DNA of 64,000 bases from Flavobacterium sp. (lineage in GTDB: Bacteria; Bacteroidota; Bacteroidia; Flavobacteriales; Flavobacteriaceae): NCBI GenBank assembly GCA_044373115.1, contig JBILQQ010000002.1, positions 64,081 to 128,080 of the forward strand, written 5' to 3'. The translations under genes and the position numbers were made by a program. How positions within the stretch are numbered: the first letter of the stretch is position 1; each line of letters opens with the position of its first letter. Under the pieces are notes generated by a model, which saw only the letters and a program-made list of their open reading frames with translations, made no database searches and was not told the origin of the DNA. Shown here one piece after another: positions 8,754 to 17,030 of the stretch.

Positions 8754-10565
8754 TTAATCGTGAACGTTTTTATCGTCTGATTTTAAATAAACCACACCAA
8801 TTACTAAACATACCGCTGCAACAATAATTGGATACCAAAGTCCTTCCAAATAAGGTTTATCAAATGGTAATGCAGTTCCGGCTTCTTTAGCAATATCGTT
8901 TGCTTTTTTAGCATTTAATGCCAAGAAAGTTGCAACAGCTGGTAGTAATCCACCAAATATACCATTACCTACGTGGTAAGGTAAACTCATTGAAGTATAA
9001 CGAATTTGAGCTGGGAACATTTCAACTAAGAAAGCTGCAATTGGACCATAAACCATAGTTACAAATAAAACTTGGATTAACACCATCCAAATTAAATGCC
9101 ATTTAACATCGTCAGTAATGTTTTTAACTACTTCTACTCCATGTTTAACGCTTACGCCTGCAGGGTGATGTTTTGCACCAGGACCTTCAGTAAAAGTAGC
9201 TAATGTTACCGCTGCTAATGTATCAACTTTTGCAGGTTTTTCATCTTTTTTCAATGAATTTTTAAGTTTGATAGTATTAATGGTAACTACTGTATCTTTT
9301 TTAGTAGCATATTTAATCCAAACTTCGTTTTTTGCATTTGCTTTAGCGTCAAATTCAATTGCATTTGCAGCATATAAAGTATCTGTTACAGTATAATGAA
9401 ATTTAGCACCAGTATTGTATAGTGAATCTGATTTTGTTGCAACTAAAATTTTAGTCTTTTTAATTGAAGGGTCTTTTTTATCCGCTTCTGTTTTTATGTC
9501 AGCTACTGAACTACCAATAACTTTACAGCTATCCATTACTAATGTATTACCCAATTTTTTCATTGATTTTTCATTTCCAGATTCGTACATTGAAGTATAA
9601 ATTGGACGGTAAGCGATTATTGCTAAAAACATACCTAACATCATGATCCATTTTCTGCTCATTTTGTCAGACAACCAACCAAATAAAACAAAGAAAGGAG
9701 TACCTAAGGCCAATGAAACCAACATAATGTTATCAGCAATATCCTTGTCAACGCTAATTGTTTTTTCAATAAAACTCATTGCATAAAATTGACCCGTGTA
9801 CCAAACTACGCCTTGTCCCATAGTTGCTCCAAATAATGCAAGTAAAACGTATTTGAAGTTTAATTTGTTTCCAAAACTTTCTTTTAATGGATTTGTAGAA
9901 ACTTTTCCTTCTTCTTTTACTTTTGTAAAAACTGGAGATTCGTGCATGTTTCTTCTAATTACATACGAAATTCCAATCATAATGATAGAAACCCAAAACG
10001 GAATTCTCCAACCCCAATCTGTAAAATCTTCTTTAGATAATGAGTGTCTTGTAATATAAATTACAATCAAAGAGATAAACAAACCTAAAGTTGCAGTGGT
10101 TTGAATCCAAGATGTAAAGAAACCTCTTCTGTCATTTGGTGAGTGTTCTGCAACATAAGTAGCTGCTCCACCATATTCACCACCAAGAGCTAAACCTTGA
10201 AGCAAACGTAAAACCAATACTAAAAATGGTGCAAAATAACCGATTGTTTCAAATGCAGGTACACATCCAATTAAAAAAGTAGCACCACCCATTAATAATA
10301 ATGTTACCATGAACGTGTATTTACGTCCAATTAAATCACCTAGTCTTCCGAAGAAAATAGCTCCAAACGGACGCACTACAAATCCTGCTGCAAAAGTAGC
10401 TAGTGTTGACAAAAATGCCGCTGTTGGATTGTCAGGTGGAAAAAATTTAGTTGATAGCAAAGTTGCTAAACTACCGAAGATATAAAAATCATACCATTCG
10501 ATCATTGTACCCATTGAGGAAGCCGAAATTACTTTCCAGATTCCAGTTGTTTTGTTATTACTCAT
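8754..10565 (-). CDS. MFS transporter, metabolite:H+ symporter (MHS) type, with about 160-aa insertion between TM9 and TM10
   Basis: MHS signatures WYDFYIFG and RPFGAIFFGRLGDLIGRK; 12 hydrophobic segments; residues about 327-488 are hydrophilic. Confidence 0.85.
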   Translation of the reverse strand: MSNNKTTGIWKVISASSMGTMIEWYDFYIFGSLATLLSTKFFPPDNPTAAFLSTLATFAAGFVVRPFGAIFFGRLGDLIGRKYTFMVTLLLMGGATFLIGCVPAFETIGYFAPFLVLVLRLLQGLALGGEYGGAATYVAEHSPNDRRGFFTSWIQTTATLGLFISLIVIYITRHSLSKEDFTDWGWRIPFWVSIIMIGISYVIRRNMHESPVFTKVKEEGKVSTNPLKESFGNKLNFKYVLLALFGATMGQGVVWYTGQFYAMSFIEKTISVDKDIADNIMLVSLALGTPFFVLFGWLSDKMSRKWIMMLGMFLAIIAYRPIYTSMYESGNEKSMKKLGNTLVMDSCKVIGSSVADIKTEADKKDPSIKKTKILVATKSDSLYNTGAKFHYTVTDTLYAANAIEFDAKANAKNEVWIKYATKKDTVVTINTIKLKNSLKKDEKPAKVDTLAAVTLATFTEGPGAKHHPAGVSVKHGVEVVKNITDDVKWHLIWMVLIQVLFVTMVYGPIAAFLVEMFPAQIRYTSMSLPYHVGNGIFGGLLPAVATFLALNAKKANDIAKEAGTALPFDKPYLEGLWYPIIVAAVCLVIGVVYLKSDDKNVHD

Positions 10566-10589
10566 ATTTATTATTTTTATTTTAAATTT

Positions 10590-11993
10590 TTATAGATATA
10601 TTTGAAGTTGTACAATTAATTCTCCTTTACTAGATTCTATATTATCAACAGCTGAATATACTGGACGAGTAGAATATTGAGTTGTAATTTTAGCATGGTG
10701 ACCATCTAAGAAAAAGTTAGCTCCAATATCGAATTGGCTACTTGCTTTGTCTAGTGCATCAAATTTTTTATAAGTATAAGCACCAAAGGGTTGGATTCTT
10801 ACCTTTGGTTTTTCATTTTTGTTAGGTAATAAAAGACCTGCTTGTGTGTACCAAATATTTCCACTTCCAATCATTGCTTGTAAGTTTCCAGCACCTGCCA
10901 AAGCTGTTGTTCCTGTATGTGATGGATTTGCAATACCTTCATTCATTATACCTATATTTCTTAAATAATTTGGTCCAAAATCATAATTGTAAAAAACACT
11001 GTAAGCTGTAAGTGCCATTTTCTTTTCTTTAGCTCCAATTGGCATATCTACAAAAACATCTCCTGAAAAAAGATTTATTGGATGCTCTTCTTTAATTCCG
11101 TTAACAGATGTTTGTGTAGCTTTAGGTGCTGTGTAAAAACCTGCACCAACATTTAGCATTTTTTTGGTTCCCAAATAAGTTCCAACTTTGAAAGGTAAAA
11201 AATTTGATTCTTTATCAAAAAATTGGTATTCAACATAACCCGCTTTAGACCATTGTGTTACATTACTATTATCTACCGCTTTAGCAACAGCAGCATTAGT
11301 AACATTTACTGGAGTTTGATTTGTTGAAAATGGTTTGTTAATACTAAAACGGTATTCAAACTTATTGTACTTCCCTTTTGCAAAAATTCCAATTTGTCTA
11401 GCAAATTGATCTGAATTTTCAATTAAAGGCCAGTTAAAAATTGGAGCGTCAACGGTTAAGTAGTTTAAAGTTGACGACATTGTCATACGAGAAAGACCCA
11501 TATAATAATGTAATCCAGCTCCAACAGTTAAACTAAATGGTTTTGATTCTTTAGGTAATACTACTGCATATTCATTCCATGCATCATGAAAAAAGATACC
11601 AGGTTTTTTTCCTGCACCATATCCACCTGTTCCGGGGATTACTGAATTCCCACCGGTTCCTACGGTACCTGAAGCTCCACCGTTAATAAAAGTTTGATTG
11701 TTAATACCAATGTGTGTTACAATCATATATCTAGGTGAAATTTGTGCATAAGCTAGCAACCTTAAACGTCGTAAACCGGCATCTTCAAATTTTGAAACAT
11801 TTTCATCTCCTATAAGAGTTCCTGGATTCAATTCTGTTGAACGAAGCCAAATCTGATTCCATGCAATGAACCGCATATATTTGGTCCCCTCTGGATTTAA
11901 ATTAAATTTCATACCTCCTCCATAATCTGGTGAACCTTGAGAGAAAGAAAGTGCCGAAACAAATAAACCGGCAATTAGTAAAACTTTTTTCAT
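10590..11993 (-). CDS. Outer-membrane porin-like beta-barrel protein
   Basis: Signal peptide MKKVLLIAGLFVSALSFSQ, alternating beta-strand pattern, C-terminal LQIYL. Confidence 0.6.
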   Translation of the reverse strand: MKKVLLIAGLFVSALSFSQGSPDYGGGMKFNLNPEGTKYMRFIAWNQIWLRSTELNPGTLIGDENVSKFEDAGLRRLRLLAYAQISPRYMIVTHIGINNQTFINGGASGTVGTGGNSVIPGTGGYGAGKKPGIFFHDAWNEYAVVLPKESKPFSLTVGAGLHYYMGLSRMTMSSTLNYLTVDAPIFNWPLIENSDQFARQIGIFAKGKYNKFEYRFSINKPFSTNQTPVNVTNAAVAKAVDNSNVTQWSKAGYVEYQFFDKESNFLPFKVGTYLGTKKMLNVGAGFYTAPKATQTSVNGIKEEHPINLFSGDVFVDMPIGAKEKKMALTAYSVFYNYDFGPNYLRNIGIMNEGIANPSHTGTTALAGAGNLQAMIGSGNIWYTQAGLLLPNKNEKPKVRIQPFGAYTYKKFDALDKASSQFDIGANFFLDGHHAKITTQYSTRPVYSAVDNIESSKGELIVQLQIYL

Positions 11994-12091
11994 AATTTAA
12001 TAATTTAGTTAATAATGCGTTTTCGCACTGCCAAATTCTAAAATTTTGTTAATGAAAAAAATTATAGTATATATTTATGTAAAGTCTATAG

Positions 12092-12511
12092 TTAATCCTT
12101 GAAACGTTCCCATTTTATAAGCATAAATTTATCACCTAATTCAGTTATAATCATCCCCGCTCCTTTCAACTGCTCCTTGTTTTTCAAAAATTCTACCAAC
12201 TCCAAGTGATTGTATATCTTATAGGTAGGATGATAATCAGTATGATTTGGTTTGGTGACTTTAAATTCCTTCACCCAATTGCTTATGGTTACATGCGAAA
12301 CCCCAATAATACGCTCAATCTCTCGGTAACTTAATCCTTCCAAAAACAATTGAAGGGCCTTGGTTACGTAGTAGCTATCTATCTTTTTTCCTAGTTTGTT
12401 TACTGTAAAATAGTAATTGCATTTTTTACACAAATACCTTTGTCTATCTTTGATAACACCACTTTTTACAATTGAATCACTTTGGCATTTTGGGCATGCT
12501 AATATCTCCAT
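12092..12511 (-). CDS. IS1 InsA-like zinc-ribbon + HTH protein (stand-alone, no transposase catalytic ORF)
   Basis: 139 aa; CPKC..(18)..CKKC zinc ribbon, then HTH LSYREIERIIGVSHVTISNWV; no InsB-like ORF downstream. Confidence 0.7.
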   Translation of the reverse strand: MEILACPKCQSDSIVKSGVIKDRQRYLCKKCNYYFTVNKLGKKIDSYYVTKALQLFLEGLSYREIERIIGVSHVTISNWVKEFKVTKPNHTDYHPTYKIYNHLELVEFLKNKEQLKGAGMIITELGDKFMLIKWERFKD

Positions 12512-12608
12512 ATATATAAATTTTGCATAAATATACTAATTTAGCAATAAATACAAAAATTAATATCAAAAAAATTAATTACTATTTTTTTACTTAATTA
12601 ATTTTTAA

Positions 12609-12639
12609 GCAATAATTTTTAAATTATATGCAATAATTT
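12609..12639. promoter_or_regulatory. Direct repeat GCAATAATTT x2, starts 21 bp apart, in the divergent intergenic region (candidate operator)
   Basis: GCAATAATTT at 12609-12618 and 12630-12639; related GCAATAAAT at 12544 and GCATAAAT at 12525. Confidence 0.3.
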
Positions 12640-12685
12640 GTATAATTTATGTGTTTTTCAAATTATAAAATTAAAATAATTAATG

Positions 12686-12693
12686 TATTTTTG
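12686..12693 (+). promoter_or_regulatory. Candidate Bacteroidota -7 promoter box (TAnnTTTG)
   Basis: TATTTTTG 46 nt upstream of the ATG at 12739. Confidence 0.3.
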
Positions 12694-12738
12694 TCGAAAA
12701 TTATAAATTTTATTTTATTTTTATAAAAAATTTAAACC

Positions 12739-13341
12739 ATGCAATTCGACGTTCAAAATACCGAATCTTCGGCTTTATATAAATTATTAACAGGAACAAT
12801 TATTCCAAGACCCATTGGCTGGATTTCTACAATAGATGAAAATGGAATTAATAATTTAGCACCTTTTTCTTATTTCAATATGGTCTCTAGCGATCCTCCA
12901 TGTCTTATGTTTTCTACACGAAGAGACGATAATAAAAATAAAGACACACTAAATAATGTTTTGCAAAATAATCAGTTTGTAGTTAATTTAGTTACAATTG
13001 ATCTAGTAGAACAAATGAACGCTACATCTGCTTCTGTAGCAGCTTCAATAGATGAATTTGAATTGGCTAACATCACTCCTATTGATTCTGTTTTTGTTAA
13101 ACCAAAAAGAGTAAAAGAAAGTTTAGTGCATTTTGAATGCGAAAAAATACACCACTATTTTATGGATAATGAAACAGGAGGCGGAGCATGCATTATCATC
13201 GGTAAAATTATAACCATGCATATAGACGATTCCATTTTGATGGAAAACCATAAAATAAATTTAGAAAAATACAAACCTGTCGCAAGATTAGCAGGTTCAA
13301 ATTATAGTAAATTAGGAGAAATATTCTCTATTAAAAGATAA
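12739..13341 (+). CDS. Flavin reductase family protein (FMN-binding split barrel)
   Basis: 200 aa; LLTGTIIPRPIGWISTIDENGINNLAPFSYFN pattern typical of flavin reductase-like domains. Confidence 0.85.
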   Translation: MQFDVQNTESSALYKLLTGTIIPRPIGWISTIDENGINNLAPFSYFNMVSSDPPCLMFSTRRDDNKNKDTLNNVLQNNQFVVNLVTIDLVEQMNATSASVAASIDEFELANITPIDSVFVKPKRVKESLVHFECEKIHHYFMDNETGGGACIIIGKIITMHIDDSILMENHKINLEKYKPVARLAGSNYSKLGEIFSIKR

Positions 13342-13346
13342 TAAAT

Positions 13347-15683
13347 ATGAATACAATAATTCCCCCTTCGGGGGTTAGGGGGCTTAAAATAACAGTTATA
13401 GGTGGTGGTCCAGGCGGACTTTACTTTTCGATATTAACCAAAAAAGCAATGCCACATTGCGAAATCGATATTTACGAAAGAAACAAACCCGATGATAGTT
13501 TTGGGTTCGGGGTAGTTTTTTCAGATGAAACCTTAGGCGAATTCTTAAAACGCGACATGCAATCGTATGAATTAATCCGAAGTAAATTTGCCTATTGGGA
13601 TGATATTATTATAGCGAGAGATGGTGAATCCGTGAATATTGCTGGAAATGGTTTTTGCGGTTGTTCCCGAAAAACTCTTTTGCAATTACTGCAACAACGT
13701 TGTGTAGAAGAAGGTGTAAATTTGCATTTCGAACAAAACGTAGAGGATTTGTCTCAATTTGCAGATTCCGATATTATTCTGGCAACAGATGGAATTGGAA
13801 GTGCTATTCGCACACAATATCAACAAGAATTCGGAACTAAAATCGAATTAAAAAAGAACCGCTTTGTGTGGTTAGGCTCCACAAAACCGTTAGATGCTTT
13901 TACTTATTTTTTCAGAAGTACGCCTCACGGAACCATCGTGGCACATTCGTATCAATACGAAGAAGGTATGAGTACTTGGATTTTTGAATGTAGCGATGAA
14001 ACTTGGCAAAAACATGGTTTTGAAGTCACCAACGAAGCAGATACAATGGCAAAAATTGCCGAAATCTTCAAAGATGAATTAGACGGACATCCCTTAATTT
14101 CAAATAAATCACATTGGCGTCAGTTTCCGCATGTTACCAACAAAAATTGGTATCATAATAACATTGTTTTATTAGGCGATGCCAAAGCTACAGCCCATTA
14201 TTCTATTGGTTCAGGAACAAAATTAGCCATGGATAGCGCTATTGGATTATCCGATGCGGTGATTGCTCATCCAACTAATGTTCAAGCCGCTTTTGCCCAA
14301 TACGATAAAACCCGAAGAAATACGGTTGAAATGATTCAGTATGCCGCCATCGTTTCATTAGATTGGTTTGAAAATATGGATCGTCATATGCAACATACGT
14401 TTCAGCAATTTGCTTTTGGCTGCATGACGCGTTCTAAAAAAGTAACGTATGAGAATTTACGCTTAAGAGATAGTTCATTTACCGATAAAGTTCTGGTTGA
14501 GTTTAATGACAATTGCAATGTCAATATCAAAAATCAATCAGCTGCGTTTTCAAAATTAAAATTAAGAGATTTAGAATTACAAAACCGTATCGTAATGTCG
14601 TCCATGGGGCAATATGTAGCCGAAAACGGATTGGTGAACGATTGGCATTTTCAGCATTATACATCAAGAGCTGTCGGCGGTTTAGGATTAATTCTTACCG
14701 AAATGACTGCTGTTTCTGATACTGGAAGAATTACTTCAGGTTGTGCAGGTATTTATACTAAAAATCAACTAATTAAATGGAAACGAATTACCGAATTTAT
14801 TCACCAATATACCCAAACCAAAATCGGAATTCAATTGGGACATTCAGGTAGAAAAGGCTGTTCAAAAACTCCTTGGGAAGAACAATTTCAGGGCGAAAAA
14901 TGGGAGTTGCTTTCAGCTTCTGCCATTCCGTTTAATGAAAATTCTCCCGAAACTTCGGGACCAAAAGAAATGACTTTAACAGATATGCAATTGGTTAAAA
15001 ATCAATTTGTGCAAGCTACAAAAAATGCTAATGAAGCTGGTTTCGATATGATTGAATTGCAAGCACATCACGGATTTTTATTGGCTTCTTTTTTGTCACC
15101 GTTAACCAATATTCGCACCGATGAATTTGGCGGAAGTGTTCAAAACCGCTTAAAATATCCATTAGAAGTTTTTACCGCCATTCGTGAAGTTTTCCCTTCT
15201 GAAAAACCAATCTCTGTTCGTATATCCGCTACAGATTGGGCAGAAAATGGAATTTCAGAACAAGATGTTATGATAATTTCAGAAGCGTTTAAAAAGGCTG
15301 GTGCAGATATTATTAATGTTTCCACAGGAAATACGGTTGCTAACCAAAAACCACAAGCAGGAAGAATGTGGCAAACGCCTTTTTCAGATGCGGTACGAAA
15401 TACGGTTCATATTCCAACAATAACAGCCGGATATATTCAAGATATTGATCAAATTAATACCATAATTTTAAACGGAAGAGCCGATTTAGTTGCACTTGGA
15501 CGACCTTTATTATTGGATGCCAATTTTGTACGAAATGCGCAAGCTTATGAACAATTTCAGGCAAATGACATTCCAAACCCTTATAAAATGGGCGTTTCAC
15601 ATTTGTATCCATTAAAAGCAGCAGAAAGAAAACAAGCAGAAGGCATGAAAAAAGCATTGAAACCGAAGAGTAATAAATTATAA
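13347..15683 (+). CDS. Bifunctional aryl-CoA hydroxylase/oxidoreductase: FAD monooxygenase fused to OYE-like NADH:flavin oxidoreductase (salicylyl-CoA 5-hydroxylase type)
   Basis: 778 aa; VIGGGPGG, DGIGSAIR, LLGDAKATAHYSIGSGTKLAMDSA in the N-half; OYE-like motifs (HHGFLLASFLSP, RISATDW) in the C-half. Confidence 0.8.
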   Translation: MNTIIPPSGVRGLKITVIGGGPGGLYFSILTKKAMPHCEIDIYERNKPDDSFGFGVVFSDETLGEFLKRDMQSYELIRSKFAYWDDIIIARDGESVNIAGNGFCGCSRKTLLQLLQQRCVEEGVNLHFEQNVEDLSQFADSDIILATDGIGSAIRTQYQQEFGTKIELKKNRFVWLGSTKPLDAFTYFFRSTPHGTIVAHSYQYEEGMSTWIFECSDETWQKHGFEVTNEADTMAKIAEIFKDELDGHPLISNKSHWRQFPHVTNKNWYHNNIVLLGDAKATAHYSIGSGTKLAMDSAIGLSDAVIAHPTNVQAAFAQYDKTRRNTVEMIQYAAIVSLDWFENMDRHMQHTFQQFAFGCMTRSKKVTYENLRLRDSSFTDKVLVEFNDNCNVNIKNQSAAFSKLKLRDLELQNRIVMSSMGQYVAENGLVNDWHFQHYTSRAVGGLGLILTEMTAVSDTGRITSGCAGIYTKNQLIKWKRITEFIHQYTQTKIGIQLGHSGRKGCSKTPWEEQFQGEKWELLSASAIPFNENSPETSGPKEMTLTDMQLVKNQFVQATKNANEAGFDMIELQAHHGFLLASFLSPLTNIRTDEFGGSVQNRLKYPLEVFTAIREVFPSEKPISVRISATDWAENGISEQDVMIISEAFKKAGADIINVSTGNTVANQKPQAGRMWQTPFSDAVRNTVHIPTITAGYIQDIDQINTIILNGRADLVALGRPLLLDANFVRNAQAYEQFQANDIPNPYKMGVSHLYPLKAAERKQAEGMKKALKPKSNKL
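13358..13385 (+). repeat. 28-nt GC-rich motif AATTCCCCCTTCGGGGGTTAGGGGGCTT (copy 1, inside codons 4-13 of the hydroxylase)
   Basis: Identical except 1 nt to 23333-23360; C5-TTC-G5 hairpin plus a second G5 run. Confidence 0.7.
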
Positions 15684-15699
15684 AAAAAAATCAACTGTA

Positions 15700-16176
15700 A
15701 TGAATTCAGAAGAAAATAATCATAAAAAAATTACTTTCCGGTATTATAGTAATATTCTAGACGAAGAAGTTGTTGAAACAATGTGGTGCGAAATAATTGA
15801 TGAATCAGAAGGAATTTATAAACTAGATAATATTCCTTTCTATGGACCATTAATTGCTTCAGATGATATTTTTTACGCTGAATATGATGAAACCGAAGAA
15901 ACATTAGTTTTTAGAAAAATTGTTGAAAGTTCTGGAAATTCAGTAGTTCAAGTAGTAATTCTTAAAGAAGATTTTGATAAAGAAATTATAAGAAAAGAAG
16001 TTTTTGACTTAGGTTGTGAATCGGAATGTATGAATGATATTTTTTTTGTTATTGAGATTCCTGAAAATATAAATTATAGTTCAATAAAGAAATTACTATA
16101 TGAATATGAAAATAACAAATTTATTGAATATGCAGAACCTTGTTTATCTGTTAAACATCAAGATGATTTATCATAA
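15700..16176 (+). CDS. Hypothetical protein, DUF4265-like
   Basis: 158 aa; ETMWCEII..EGIYKLDNIPFYGPLIASDDIFYAEY..LVFRKIVESSGNSVVQV pattern recalled for DUF4265; AT-rich relative to flanking genes. Confidence 0.5.
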   Translation: MNSEENNHKKITFRYYSNILDEEVVETMWCEIIDESEGIYKLDNIPFYGPLIASDDIFYAEYDETEETLVFRKIVESSGNSVVQVVILKEDFDKEIIRKEVFDLGCESECMNDIFFVIEIPENINYSSIKKLLYEYENNKFIEYAEPCLSVKHQDDLS

Positions 16177-16196
16177 TTTAAAATTCGTAATTAATT

Positions 16197-17027
16197 ATGA
16201 AAGAAAAAAAATCTAAAATAGAAGTTCAAGGATTTGAGATAACTATTATTTCAGGAAATAGTGACGATTTTATTTCATTGACAGATATTGCTCGGCAACG
16301 TGATTCTGAAAGAAGCGACTATATATTACAAAACTGGTTAAGAAATAGAAGTACAATTGAGTTTATTGGTTTATGGGAACAATTGAATAATTTAAATTTT
16401 AATTCCATCGAATTCGATGGAATTAAAAATCTATCTGGTTCTAATAGTTTTTCTTTGACCCCAAAAAGATGGATAGAAACAACAAATGCTATCGGAATTG
16501 TTTCCAAAACAGGAAGATATGGCGGTACATTTGCTCATAAAGATATTGCATTCGAATTTGCAACCTGGATTTCACCAGAATTCAAATTGTATTTAATAAC
16601 CGAATTTCAACGATTAAAAGAAGATGAAAATTCACGTTTATCACTAGAATGGAATTTAAATAGAACTTTATCGAAATTAAATTATCGCATTCATACAGAT
16701 GCTATCAAAGAAAATATAATTCCTGAAAACATCACAAAAGCGCAAGCAAGTTTTATTTATGCTAATGAAGCTGATGTTTTGAATGTGGCGTTATTTGGAA
16801 AAACAGCCAAACAATGGAGAGATGAAAATCCAAATACAGAAGGAAACATTAGAGACGTAGCAACAATAGAACAATTATTAGTTTTAGCAAATATTGAAAG
16901 TTTAAATGCAGAGTTTATCAGAATGGAAGTTTCTCAAAGTGAAAGGTTATTAAGACTTAATCAAATTGCAATTACTCAAATAAAATCAATTACAAATAAT
17001 TCAATTATTCAAAAATTAAAAGAATAA
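16197..17027 (+). CDS. KilA-N domain-containing protein
   Basis: 276 aa; FISLTDIAR...NWLRNRSTIEFIGLWE...GRYGGTFAHKDIAFEFATWISPEFKLYL, then a coiled-coil-like C-terminus. Confidence 0.8.
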   Translation: MKEKKSKIEVQGFEITIISGNSDDFISLTDIARQRDSERSDYILQNWLRNRSTIEFIGLWEQLNNLNFNSIEFDGIKNLSGSNSFSLTPKRWIETTNAIGIVSKTGRYGGTFAHKDIAFEFATWISPEFKLYLITEFQRLKEDENSRLSLEWNLNRTLSKLNYRIHTDAIKENIIPENITKAQASFIYANEADVLNVALFGKTAKQWRDENPNTEGNIRDVATIEQLLVLANIESLNAEFIRMEVSQSERLLRLNQIAITQIKSITNNSIIQKLKE

Positions 17028-17030
17028 TTT

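Noticed and set aside
12092-12511. Complete IS1-family insertion sequence
   Set aside because: Only the InsA-like reading frame is present. There is no InsB or frameshift partner downstream (the next gene is the porin), and I could not find terminal inverted repeats. It is therefore called a CDS rather than a mobile element.
12512-12738. Inverted repeat AAAAATTAAT / ATTAATTTTT in the divergent promoter region
   Set aside because: In a stretch this AT-rich, 10-nt A/T-only palindromic matches are expected by chance. Only the G/C-containing GCAATAATTT repeat was kept.
15700-17027. Prophage or defence island suggested by the KilA-N domain
   Set aside because: No integrase, repressor, capsid, tail or nuclease genes are adjacent. 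The pair sits inside an operon with gaps of 3-20 nt. It is kept as a finding only as a passenger or regulator hypothesis.
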